From NCBI GenBank assembly GCA_964584305.1, contig CAZOZL010000007.1, positions 11,405-75,404 on the forward strand: DNA of 64,000 nt. Reading direction: 5' to 3'. A program made the position numbers and the translations under genes. Source of the DNA: an uncultured Burkholderiales bacterium. Lineage in GTDB: Bacteria; Bacteroidota; Bacteroidia; UBA8524. Shown here piece by piece: positions 48,684-58,444 of the stretch (within the stretch, counting starts at the first letter, position 1; each line of letters opens with the position of its first letter). Under the pieces are notes generated by a model. It was not told the DNA's origin. It was given only the letters and a program-made list of their open reading frames with translations, and made no database searches.

Positions 48684-49726
48684 AAAAACTACAAATCCTT
48701 ATACTGTTTATATCCACAGTACTATCTGCCAGTAGCCAAACAGATAGTGCAAAAATTGTTACCGTTATAGGTGTAGGCGATATGATGCTGGGTACAAACT
48801 ACCCAAGCACCAGACACTTAGCCCCTAATGATGGTAAGAATATATTAGATAGTGTAAAACACATTTTGCAAAATGCAGATATAACTTTTGGTAATCTTGA
48901 GGGTACACTGGCAGGAACAGCAGGCAAGGTAAAGCGTTGCCGAAATCCTAAATTGTGTTATGCCTTTCGCTCGCCAACACATTATGCCACCTATTTTAAA
49001 GAGGCAGGTTTTGATTTACTAAGCATAGCTAATAACCACAGTGGAGATTTTGGCACAAAAGGGCGTGAAATAACTATGCAAATGCTAAAACAAAACGGTA
49101 TTGCCTATGCAGGTTTGCTAAGTTGCCCCACAACAGTTATTGAAAAAAATGGAGTAAAATATGGATTGGCTGCCTTTGCCCCCAATAGCGGCACAGTAAA
49201 CATTAGAAATATTAAAAATGCCAAAAAAATAATAAAAGGATTAGATAGTATTTGCGATATTATAATAGTTTCGTTTCACGGTGGTGGAGAAGGACGTAGC
49301 AAACAACACGTAACTAAAAAAACGGAGTACTACGTGGGCGAAAATAGAGGCAATGTATATGCTTTTAGCCATGCAGTGATAGATGCGGGTGCTGATATTG
49401 TTTTTGGACACGGACCACACGTTACCCGTGCCATAGAGTTGTACAACGATAGGCTAATTTGTTATAGCTTAGGCAACTTTGCTACCTACGACCGTTTTAG
49501 CCTTAGAGCCGAAAGTGGCGTAGCCCCAATAGTGAAAGTAAGCATTAGCCCAAAGGGCAAGTTTATAAAAGCCCAAATAATACCTATAAAACAGATAGGC
49601 GAGGGGATACCCCGTATTGATACTACCAAAAAATGGGTAATAAAAATAATACAACAACTTACCGCACAAGACTTTCCCAATACGCCGCTACGCATTAGCA
49701 ATAGTGGGCTGGTAGTGAAGAAATAG
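48680..49726 (+). CDS. CapA-family (PGA_cap) metallophosphatase-fold protein
   Basis: VGDMMLG, GNLEG, ANNHSGD, SFHGG, GHGPHV and YSLGNF. Confidence 0.92.
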   Translation: MKKLQILILFISTVLSASSQTDSAKIVTVIGVGDMMLGTNYPSTRHLAPNDGKNILDSVKHILQNADITFGNLEGTLAGTAGKVKRCRNPKLCYAFRSPTHYATYFKEAGFDLLSIANNHSGDFGTKGREITMQMLKQNGIAYAGLLSCPTTVIEKNGVKYGLAAFAPNSGTVNIRNIKNAKKIIKGLDSICDIIIVSFHGGGEGRSKQHVTKKTEYYVGENRGNVYAFSHAVIDAGADIVFGHGPHVTRAIELYNDRLICYSLGNFATYDRFSLRAESGVAPIVKVSISPKGKFIKAQIIPIKQIGEGIPRIDTTKKWVIKIIQQLTAQDFPNTPLRISNSGLVVKK

Positions 49727-49743
49727 GATAACAATCCCTTCCA

Positions 49744-49906
49744 GCCTAAGAAGGTACACTCGCAATAACGGGATTTGTGTCAGTGTTGTACAGGTATAAC
49801 CACCCCTTCCAAATTAACTATTAGCACTATCAACTAAGTACCCTTCCCCTAAAGGGGAAGCCAAATTGTAGTACAGGTGGAAATTTGAAATACATTGGTA
49901 GGGGTT
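49744..49906 (-). repeat. Inverted ~160-bp copy of the 55.8-56.5 kb repeat unit
   Basis: Colinear reverse-complement match including the CTTCCCC-TAAA-GGGGAAG hairpin, TTCCAAATTAACTATTAGCA and TACATTGGTAGGGGTT. Confidence 0.9.
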
Positions 49907-49955
49907 ATTTAGCCTTTACCTATACTGGCATTGCGAGAAGAAATTTGCAATGGAT

Positions 49956-50028
49956 TGTGCGGCTGTTTCCCTCCTACGGTGGGTATGTGTGTGGTATAGG
50001 AGGGACTAAAGGGTGGTCTAAAACGCAC
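49956..50028 (+). repeat. REP-like element, family shared with 40646-40699
   Basis: TGTGCGGCTGTTTCCCTCCTA...TAGGAGGGA...AAACGCAC, with a longer loop than the 40.6 kb copy. Confidence 0.75.
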
Positions 50029-50130
50029 CAGTATGCTACCCCTTCTAAAAACTCTAAACTAAAACGTGTTGTCCACGCTTGTGGAATATCCGTTTATAGA
50101 AACACTTGGCAAACTGTATCTTTGCAGTAA

Positions 50131-52818
50131 GTGAAAGTAGGAATATTTTTTGGTGGAGCATCTCGTGAGCGTGAAGTATCCTTTTCGGGCGGTAGAACGG
50201 TGTACGACAATCTTAATAAATCGTTGTTTACTCCCGTGCCTTTGTTTGTAGATAGTTTTAATAATATAATACTGCTAAACAAAGAGTTGATATACAAGGG
50301 TAGCATTCGTGATTTTTATCCTCCAGCCCAGTATTTACCTACTACACAGCACAATTTTCAGCATTATGTGGAGAGTTTGGAGACAGATATACGTAGTGAC
50401 AAAATTACCAACAATGAGATGATAGCCCATATAGGGCGTATAATTACCATTGATGAACTGCCCCAACTTATTGATATGGCTTTCCTTGCCTTGCACGGTA
50501 GTTTTGGCGAGGACGGTACTATACAAGGCTTGTTAGAGTGGTTGCATATTCCTTATACGGGTTCGGGCATATTGCCCTCGGCAATTGGTATTAGCAAGGC
50601 AGTACAAAAACGCTATATGAGCGCAGCGGGTTTCAACACGCCTGATTTTGTGCTGATAAACCGTATTAATTGGGAGGAAGGCGAGAAAGATATTTTTCTG
50701 TATGATATAAAAGCACATTTACAGTTTCCAGTAGTTATAAAACCCGCCAATCAAGGGTCGTCATTAGGGGTGAGTGTGGTACACCAGTACGATGCAAATA
50801 TTTTATCCGAAGCTATAAGCAAAGCCTTCTTTAAAACCACATTAACCAAAGCAATGTGGAGTGAACTGTCACAATATGAACAAGTTGAATATGTGCGTAC
50901 TACCTGCGACATTCGCGAAGGTTTGGGCTTGCCATTATTGCTTGATGGTAAGCAGATAGATTTACCCGATGAGGTGCTAAATACTATTAGTAACAAGTTT
51001 AAAAATCAGGATATTATACTACTACAAGCTCTGCAAAACGAGAGTGAGGTATTGGTAGAAGAATTTGTAAAAGGACGTGAATTTTCGTGTATAGTGATAC
51101 AAGATTTAGACGGCAACCCTATTGCTTTACCGCCCACTGAAATTATAAAAGGCAGTGAGATATTTGATTATCGTAGTAAGTATTTACCTGGTTTATCTCG
51201 TAAAATTACCCCTATTGAGTTGCCCGATGAGCATATAGAAAATGTCCGCAACCAAGCGGAGGAACTATATAGCTATTTCCGTTTCAACTGTTATGCCCGT
51301 TTAGATGGTTTTATAAATGAGCAAGGCAAGGTTTTTTTAAACGACCCTAATACTACTTCGGGTATGATGCCCTCGTCATTTTTCTTCCACCAAGCGGCAG
51401 AAGTGGGGCTTAATCCATCACAATTCCTAACCTATATTATATACACCAGCTTGCACCAACGTGCCGAAACCAGTATAGATAATTACCACTATATTCAGTT
51501 GTTTACTCAACTAAAAAAACAATTAGAACAAAAAGAGAATAACACTAATAAGAAAAGGCGTATTGCAGTGATAATGGGCGGTTACTCCACCGAGCGGCAT
51601 ATTTCTATGGAAAGTGGACGCAATATTTACGAGAAATTAGCATCATCTGTTAAATACCAGCCTGTACCTGTTTTTTTAACGGGAAATGATGATGCGTTTG
51701 AATTATACAAAATACCCGTCAACATGATGTTGAAGGATAATACTGATGATATTGCTGATAAAGTACAGAACTATAAACCCAACGCTTATTTGCAAAAAAT
51801 AATTGATGAGTGTGCGCCTGTGGTTAAATTGTTTGGTAGCGGTACTTTTGATGCTACTCCACAAGCTATTAGTATTGAAAAATTAGCTGAAATGGTTGAT
51901 GGCGTATTTATAGCCTTACATGGCAGACCGGGCGAGGATGGTGTTATACAACAACATTTAGAGCGTGTGAAGCTGCCCTATAATGGTTCAGGTTATAATA
52001 GTTCTCAAATCACTATAAATAAATATGATACGGCGGAGCTATTAGAAAAAAATGGATTTTCGGTAGCAGCACATTATTTAGCACAAAAAAGTGAGTGGCT
52101 AAAAGATAAAGATGCTTTTTATACTGCTGTACTTGCCGTTACAGGCTTGCCCATGATAGCAAAACCTGCTGATGATGGATGTAGCTCGGCAGTGAAAAAA
52201 ATTAAAACTCGTGAGCAATTGGATGCTTTTGCACACTTAATATTTAGGGAAACAGCAAAACGCGAAGCGAGATACGAGGAAGAACTAAGCCTTATACCTA
52301 AAGAAGAGTTTCCACAAAAAAACTATTTCTTGGCAGAGAAGTTTATAGATAAAAGTGATGCTAAGATATTTTTGGAGATAACAGGCGGCTTACTCACCCA
52401 TCATAAAAATGAGGGCATTGAGTATGAAATGTTTGAACCCAGTGAAACATTAGCCGAAAAAGAAATATTATCTCTTGAAGAGAAATTTTTGGCAGGGCAG
52501 GGGCAAAATATTACTCCAGCACGGTATGCAAAAAACACCTTAGAAAATAAAAGGATAGGCGAAGCCGTTAAAAGTGAGTTGAAACGTGTTGCCCAACTAT
52601 TAAATATTGAAGGATATGCCCGTATTGATGCTTTTATAAAAGTGGATACTAATGCTGCTGTGGAAGTTATATTTATTGAGGTAAATTCGTTGCCAGGTAT
52701 GACCCCCGCCACCTGCATTTTTCATCAAAGTGCAATAAACGGATATATGCCCTATGAGTTTATTGATAAAATATTAGAATACGGTTTTAATAAAAAAACT
52801 AAAACACAGGCATCGTAA
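50131..52818 (+). CDS. ddl: D-alanine--D-alanine ligase, double-length (two tandem ATP-grasp ligase modules)
   Basis: Module 1: FGGASREREVS, LHGSFGEDG, QGSSLGV, ARLDG. Module 2: MGGYSTERHIS, LHGRPGEDG, ARIDA, EVNSLPGMT. TATCTTTG promoter element at 50117-50124. Confidence 0.9.
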   Translation: MKVGIFFGGASREREVSFSGGRTVYDNLNKSLFTPVPLFVDSFNNIILLNKELIYKGSIRDFYPPAQYLPTTQHNFQHYVESLETDIRSDKITNNEMIAHIGRIITIDELPQLIDMAFLALHGSFGEDGTIQGLLEWLHIPYTGSGILPSAIGISKAVQKRYMSAAGFNTPDFVLINRINWEEGEKDIFLYDIKAHLQFPVVIKPANQGSSLGVSVVHQYDANILSEAISKAFFKTTLTKAMWSELSQYEQVEYVRTTCDIREGLGLPLLLDGKQIDLPDEVLNTISNKFKNQDIILLQALQNESEVLVEEFVKGREFSCIVIQDLDGNPIALPPTEIIKGSEIFDYRSKYLPGLSRKITPIELPDEHIENVRNQAEELYSYFRFNCYARLDGFINEQGKVFLNDPNTTSGMMPSSFFFHQAAEVGLNPSQFLTYIIYTSLHQRAETSIDNYHYIQLFTQLKKQLEQKENNTNKKRRIAVIMGGYSTERHISMESGRNIYEKLASSVKYQPVPVFLTGNDDAFELYKIPVNMMLKDNTDDIADKVQNYKPNAYLQKIIDECAPVVKLFGSGTFDATPQAISIEKLAEMVDGVFIALHGRPGEDGVIQQHLERVKLPYNGSGYNSSQITINKYDTAELLEKNGFSVAAHYLAQKSEWLKDKDAFYTAVLAVTGLPMIAKPADDGCSSAVKKIKTREQLDAFAHLIFRETAKREARYEEELSLIPKEEFPQKNYFLAEKFIDKSDAKIFLEITGGLLTHHKNEGIEYEMFEPSETLAEKEILSLEEKFLAGQGQNITPARYAKNTLENKRIGEAVKSELKRVAQLLNIEGYARIDAFIKVDTNAAVEVIFIEVNSLPGMTPATCIFHQSAINGYMPYEFIDKILEYGFNKKTKTQAS

Positions 52819-53588
52819 TGGCAAATAAATTCGTCAATAGAATAGTACAAGGTAAATGGTGGCAAAAACTGCTTATTGCTTTGGTAATGCTCGTTCTTTT
52901 TTTACTGTTTGTAAATTGGTTGTTAAAATACATAACCAATCATGGTGAAAGCCTACCAGTACCAAAAGTAGTAGGGCTTACGTATGATGAAGCCGCTAAA
53001 GTGCTTCAACAAAAAAACTTACGTTATATAGCCTACGACTCTGTATATGTACCCCAAGCCGAGCCTAATGAGATTATAAGTCAAAACCCCAGTGATAGTT
53101 CGTTAGTTAAACGTAATCGTATGATTTATCTTACCATAAATGCTTTGGCTGTGCCTATTGTTGAAGTGCCCGATGTGCGTGAGATGAGTTTGCGGGAAGC
53201 CACCAGTGAATTGCAGCGTGCAGGTTTGCGGGTAGGTAAAATAACAAGTCGACCTGATATTACTACCAACTTTGTATTAGACCAACGCTATAAAGGGAAG
53301 TATATAAAAGAGGGAACAAAATTGGATAAAGGAAGTGCTATTGACTTGGTGGTGAGTAAAGGCGAAGAACCCGAAGATAACGAACTTACCGTTCCAAATT
53401 TAACGGGGCTATCGGCTGATGAAGCAACTATTGAGTTAAGCCTTTTAGGGCTAAACATAGGCGCAGTAACTTATGACGAAACAGTAACGGATAAAGAGTT
53501 TGCCATTATATACAAGCAATCGCTGCCTGCAAACAGCAAAACATATATAGGCAAAGAGATAGATATATATTTAAGTGAGGTGAAATAA
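52818..53588 (+). CDS. PASTA-domain membrane protein
   Basis: N-terminal TM and three repeats starting VPKVVG, VPDVRE and VPNLTG. Confidence 0.92.
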   Translation: MANKFVNRIVQGKWWQKLLIALVMLVLFLLFVNWLLKYITNHGESLPVPKVVGLTYDEAAKVLQQKNLRYIAYDSVYVPQAEPNEIISQNPSDSSLVKRNRMIYLTINALAVPIVEVPDVREMSLREATSELQRAGLRVGKITSRPDITTNFVLDQRYKGKYIKEGTKLDKGSAIDLVVSKGEEPEDNELTVPNLTGLSADEATIELSLLGLNIGAVTYDETVTDKEFAIIYKQSLPANSKTYIGKEIDIYLSEVK

Positions 53589-53592
53589 AACT

Positions 53593-55464
53593 ATGTTGAA
53601 AAGACTTATAGGCGTTTTTATAGTCCTATTTTTTGTATTAGATGTAACTGCACAACGTGGAGAAGAGGTATTACTACCTATACATTACAACCCAGCATTG
53701 CAGCAGGCAACAAAGCAGCCTACCTATACATTTAATCGCAAAACAGGTATAAAAGATACTTTACAACTCCCTTTTTTCGATGATTTTTCTGCCAGCGAGG
53801 TATTTCCTAATGAAAACCGATGGACTACCAAAGATGCTTATATTAATACTGATTTTGTTACTCGTGCACCCAGTATTGGTGTAGCCACTTTAGATGCGCT
53901 GGATAGTACTGGTCGTCCCTATTTTAATATTCGTGCGGGTTTGCGTGGTGGTTGCGATACGCTTACTTCACAGCCTATTAATTTATCAACTCTAAATGTA
54001 GGTAGCAATGTGTTTCTAAGTTTCTTTTACCAACTACAAGGGTTAAGTTTTTTTCCACTTAGTGGGCAAGATTCATTGGTGCTTCAGTTTAAAGACATAA
54101 ATGGTTTTTGGTTTAATGAGTGGGTTATTTATGGTGCTGCGGCAAAACCTTTCGAGGCGGTAATTACGCAAGTAAATTCTGCAAAATATTTTCATGCGGG
54201 TTTTCAGTTTAGGTTTATCAATTACCAAGAGTATTTAGGCGGCGTAGGGCAATGGCATATAGACTATGTGTATATGGAGCGTAACCGTACTGCCAGCGAT
54301 ACTATTTTTAGTGATGTAGCCATTGCTGCAAAACCTAATTCATTCCTTAACGAGTACCAAGAAATGCCGTATAAGCAGTTTAGCGGTTTCGAGAGTAGCG
54401 AAATAGCCTCAACTGTTAATGGTTTGCTTAGTAATATGGGCGATGTAGGGCGTACAGTGGATGTTTTTAACCGTGAGGTAAGAGACCCAAACAATAACTT
54501 AATTATTAACTCGCCACGTTCGGGATTTGCTATTGGAGCGAAAGACCATTTAGCGGTAAATTTTGGTGCAACACCCATTACTCCCCCACTAAGTACGGAT
54601 ACCGTTATATATACCATTAGCGAGTATTTAAAAATTACAGGGGCTAATTTTAGAACAAATAACGATTCGGTAGGGCGAAAGCTGACTTTCGGCAATTGGT
54701 ACGCCTATGATGATGGCACTGCCGAAACAGGGTATGGCTTGCGCAGAGGACAAGGTAAAATAGCGTATAAATTCAGCGTAAATAAACCTGATACACTTAG
54801 GGCAATATCTGTATATTTCTTTCAGGCAGAAGATACTGTGAAAAGAGTATTTAATCTTACTGTTTGGAATAGTATTGAACCTAATGGATTTGGCGAAAGT
54901 ATTGCTTATCAACAACAAATTATTTCTCCTACCTATACCGATAGTATTAATGGTTTTCATACCTATGCCTTAGATAGTGCCATTGCTGTTACCGATAGCT
55001 TTTATATTGGCTGGGAACAAAATACAGAGTTTCTTTTAAATGTGGGTTGGGATAGAAACTATATGCTTGAGGGAGATACAATACCCAATCCTAATTTATA
55101 TTTTAACTCAACAGGTAAGTGGTTTACCTCGTTTATACCAGGTACATTAATGATGCGCCCACACTTGGGTGATAATTTTTTAGATACTATTACAGTAGGT
55201 GTTAAAGAAATAATAGCCACACAAAAAAGAACCGTAAAAGTATATCCTAACCCTGCCACTAAGCAGTTGTGGATAGATTTGGATAAAAATGAAAACTATA
55301 ACTATATAATTACTGATATAGCGGGAAAAGAAGTATTAACAGGAAGGCTAATAGCACAAAAAAGACAGCCAATAAATATTAGTCGTTTGACAAATGGTTT
55401 ATATTTTATAAATTTACATAACCCTAAGCAAGGAGTATTTCAGGCAAAATTTATTAAACAATAG
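53593..55464 (+). CDS. T9SS type-A sorting domain protein
   Basis: Signal peptide, LPFFDDFS, YAYDDGTAE and C-terminal VYPNPA...GLYFI CTD. Confidence 0.88.
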   Translation: MLKRLIGVFIVLFFVLDVTAQRGEEVLLPIHYNPALQQATKQPTYTFNRKTGIKDTLQLPFFDDFSASEVFPNENRWTTKDAYINTDFVTRAPSIGVATLDALDSTGRPYFNIRAGLRGGCDTLTSQPINLSTLNVGSNVFLSFFYQLQGLSFFPLSGQDSLVLQFKDINGFWFNEWVIYGAAAKPFEAVITQVNSAKYFHAGFQFRFINYQEYLGGVGQWHIDYVYMERNRTASDTIFSDVAIAAKPNSFLNEYQEMPYKQFSGFESSEIASTVNGLLSNMGDVGRTVDVFNREVRDPNNNLIINSPRSGFAIGAKDHLAVNFGATPITPPLSTDTVIYTISEYLKITGANFRTNNDSVGRKLTFGNWYAYDDGTAETGYGLRRGQGKIAYKFSVNKPDTLRAISVYFFQAEDTVKRVFNLTVWNSIEPNGFGESIAYQQQIISPTYTDSINGFHTYALDSAIAVTDSFYIGWEQNTEFLLNVGWDRNYMLEGDTIPNPNLYFNSTGKWFTSFIPGTLMMRPHLGDNFLDTITVGVKEIIATQKRTVKVYPNPATKQLWIDLDKNENYNYIITDIAGKEVLTGRLIAQKRQPINISRLTNGLYFINLHNPKQGVFQAKFIKQ

Positions 55465-55466
55465 AT

Positions 55467-55778
55467 ATGGACGATATAACCGTTGAAGAATTAAAAAAAC
55501 GTATGGATAATGGCGAAGACCTTATTGTAATTGATGTACGTGAACCCCATGAATATGAAGAGTTTAATATTGGCGCACGCCTAATACCTTTAGGCACACT
55601 GCACAATGTAGTAGAAGAGCTGGAAGACCTTAAAGACGAGGAAATAATAATACACTGCCGTAGCGGCGCACGCAGTGGGCAAGCAAAAATCTACTTACAA
55701 TCTATTGGATTTAATAAAGTACGCAACATGATAGGCGGAGTTATTGACTGGCAATTAAAATATAGTGTTAGTAGCTAA
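55467..55778 (+). CDS. Rhodanese-like domain protein
   Basis: IDVREPHEY, HCRSGARS and GGVIDW. Confidence 0.93.
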   Translation: MDDITVEELKKRMDNGEDLIVIDVREPHEYEEFNIGARLIPLGTLHNVVEELEDLKDEEIIIHCRSGARSGQAKIYLQSIGFNKVRNMIGGVIDWQLKYSVSS

Positions 55779-55803
55779 ATAATTTTTTGTAATTTATTTG
55801 AAT

Positions 55804-55831
55804 AAAAGCCCTCTTCGTGAGGGTTTTTTTT
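55804..55831 (+). terminator. Intrinsic terminator
   Basis: AAAAGCCCTC-TTCGT-GAGGGTTTT followed by a T-run. Confidence 0.8.
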
Positions 55832-55833
55832 GT

Positions 55834-56528
55834 GGGTATAAGCGATGTTGCATCAACCCCTACCAATGTATTTCAGTTTTTACCTGTACCGCAACTTGGC
55901 TTCCCCGTAAGGGGAAGGGTACTTATTTGGTTGTGCTAATAAGTTAATTTGGAAGGGGTTGTTATACCTGTACAACACTGCCACAAATCCCCTCATTGCG
56001 AGATTGTCTTCTTAGACAAACGTGGCAATCTGCATGGTGTGATGCAAAGGATTGCCTCGCAATGAGGGTATAAGCGATGTTGCATCAACCCCTACCAATG
56101 TATTGTAGTTTTTACCTGTACCACAATTTGGCTTCCCCTTTAGGGGAAGGGTACTTATTTAGGTTCTGCTAATAGTTAATTTGGAAGGGGGTGTTATACC
56201 TGTACAACACTAACACAAATCCCGTCATTGCGAGTATGCCTTCTTAGGCAAACGTGGCAATCTGCATGGTGTGATAGGCAAAGGATTGCTTCGCAAAGCC
56301 TCGCAATGAGGGTATAAGCGAAGTTGCATCAACCCCTACCAATGTATTGTAGTTTTTACCTGTACCGCAATTTGGCTTCCCCTTAAGAGGAAGGGTACTT
56401 ATTTGATTGTGCTAATAGTTAATTTGGAAGGGGGTGTTATACCTGTACAACACTGCCACAAATCAACGTCATTGCGAGATTGTCTTCTTAGGCAAACGTG
56501 GCAATCTGTATGATGTGATGCAAAGAGA
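55834..56528. repeat. Tandem array of three composite palindromic units (232, 244 and ~220 bp)
   Basis: Units start GGGTATAAGCGA at 55834, 56066 and 56310 and are similar along their whole length. Confidence 0.95.
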
Positions 56529-57524
56529 TTATAGCCCCTCCACCATTTTGTTTATATCAATGCTTAATGCACATTTAAAATGCCCTTTGGGGCAGGCTTT
56601 ATGCCCGTGTAATCCACAAGGGCGGCAATCCAATTGTAAATCGGTTTCTATTACAACTCCGTTATCGCTTAGTGGGGTAAAGCCAAATTCTTTTACTGTG
56701 CTGCAAAAAATGGCTCGTGAGGGGGCGTTTATAGCACTTGCCAAATGTAGTGGGGCAGAATCGTTCGTATAATTCATTACCGCATCTTGAAACAGTGCCG
56801 TAGTTTGTAATAAATTTAGTTTTCCTGCTAAGTTTTTTAAGGTAATCCGTTTATTGTTTGCAACATTAATAATACTATCTACAAACGCTGTATCACCAGT
56901 TGCACCTACAAAATAGACTGCAATAGGCGAGGGGATAGCATTTAAAAACTCTATCCATTTTTCTTTTGGAAATTGCTTGGTAAACCAAACCGATGCAGGG
57001 GCAATACATATATAGGGTGTTGTTTTATAGGTAGCCACTTTTTCATAATCTGTTTTTGTAGGATATAGTTTAGGCTTGGCAACAGTATTATCTGTAATGG
57101 CAGCTATTAGCTGGTGGTTGCGTGCTATCTCGTGTTGGTTGTATTGGTGTGCTATTTTAGTAGTAAACAAAAAGGAAAGTGGATTTTTTTTAAACCCTAT
57201 TTTTTGCTTTGCCCCCGAGAAGGCAGTAAGCCACCCTGATGCTGCAAAACGCTGTAAATTGACCACAAACTCATACTTGTTTTTTTTTATAGTTTTAAGA
57301 ATGTTTAGCAAGTTTTTATACTTGCCATTTTTCTTGTCCCATACTAATAGCTGGTGTATAAAAGGATGCTGATGAAACAAACCCTCATTCCCTTTACGAA
57401 CTAATAAGTGTATTTCTGCATTGGGATAGTACTGGTGCAACTTCTCTAATACCCCAGTAGCTAATATGGCATCGCCAATAAAAGCAGTTTGTATAACAAG
57501 AATTTTGTTTAGAGCATCAGGCAT
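56529..57524 (-). CDS. Glycosyltransferase family 9 (heptosyltransferase-like)
   Basis: QTAFIGDAIL, NDSAPLHLASA and CRPCGLHG...C. Confidence 0.92.
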   Translation of the reverse strand: MPDALNKILVIQTAFIGDAILATGVLEKLHQYYPNAEIHLLVRKGNEGLFHQHPFIHQLLVWDKKNGKYKNLLNILKTIKKNKYEFVVNLQRFAASGWLTAFSGAKQKIGFKKNPLSFLFTTKIAHQYNQHEIARNHQLIAAITDNTVAKPKLYPTKTDYEKVATYKTTPYICIAPASVWFTKQFPKEKWIEFLNAIPSPIAVYFVGATGDTAFVDSIINVANNKRITLKNLAGKLNLLQTTALFQDAVMNYTNDSAPLHLASAINAPSRAIFCSTVKEFGFTPLSDNGVVIETDLQLDCRPCGLHGHKACPKGHFKCALSIDINKMVEGL

Positions 57525-57556
57525 TTATAGTATAAAGCATAAAAATTACTACTATT

Positions 57557-58372
57557 TTACACTGCCACATCGTGTTCTCGTAGGGCATCATTAAGGCTTG
57601 TTTTCAGGTCGGTACTGGGTTTTCGTTGTCCAATAATTATGGCACAAGGCACTTGGTAATTTCCTGCGGGGAAGGTTTTGGTATAACTACCAGGTATTAC
57701 CACGCTACGTTCTGGCACATAGCCTTTGGTTTCTTTAGGCTCTGCATTAGTAACATCAATAATTTTGGTGCTTTTGGTTAAAGTAACTCCAGCCCCTAAA
57801 ACAGCCTCTTTACCTACTCTAACTCCCTCAACCACTATACAGCGTGAGCCTATAAATGCACCATCTTCTATTATAACAGGGGCTGCTTGTACAGGTTCTA
57901 ACACACCGCCAATGCCTACACCACCACTAAGGTGTACATTTTTCCCTACTTGTGCACAACTGCCTACCGTAGCCCACGTATCTACCATTGTGCCTGCATC
58001 AACATAAGCACCAATATTTACATAACTGGGCATTAGTATTACTCCTTTAGATATATATGCACCATAACGAGCCACTGCATGAGGGACTACCCTTATGCCC
58101 AATTTTTCATACCCTGTTTTTAAACGCATTTTGTCGTGAAACTCAAAAGGACCTACCGTTGTGGTTTCCATTTTGCGAATAGGGAAATACATTATTACTG
58201 CTTTCTTTACCCAATCGTTCACCTGCCAGCCGTTTGCAGTAGGTGCTGCAACTCTAAGTTTCCCTTTGTCTAAGTCATCTATCAAGTTGTTTATAATAGC
58301 CTGTACATCAGGGTCTTTCAAAAGGGTTCTGTCTTCCCAAGCGGCATTAATAATATCTATTGTTTGTGGCAT
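57557..58372 (-). CDS. dapD: Tetrahydrodipicolinate N-succinyltransferase
   Basis: WQVNDWVKKAV, MPSYVNIGAYVD...MVDTWATVGSCAQ and SGGVGIGGVLEP. Confidence 0.97.
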   Translation of the reverse strand: MPQTIDIINAAWEDRTLLKDPDVQAIINNLIDDLDKGKLRVAAPTANGWQVNDWVKKAVIMYFPIRKMETTTVGPFEFHDKMRLKTGYEKLGIRVVPHAVARYGAYISKGVILMPSYVNIGAYVDAGTMVDTWATVGSCAQVGKNVHLSGGVGIGGVLEPVQAAPVIIEDGAFIGSRCIVVEGVRVGKEAVLGAGVTLTKSTKIIDVTNAEPKETKGYVPERSVVIPGSYTKTFPAGNYQVPCAIIIGQRKPSTDLKTSLNDALREHDVAV

Positions 58373-58444
58373 TGTTGTTTTATTTTAACAGCAAATTTCT
58401 AATATTAATTTTGCAGTGCCAAAATTAAATGGTACAATAAGCTA

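Noticed and set aside
49885-50130. 81-aa ORF upstream of ddl
   Set aside because: Largely composed of repeat elements and the ddl promoter.
55834-56528. Possible CRISPR array
   Set aside because: Units are about 235 bp and similar along their full length, with no unique spacers. No cas genes are in the window.
56434-56772. 112-aa ORF on the plus strand
   Set aside because: It is made of repeat sequence plus the antisense of the GT9 gene and has no protein-like motifs.
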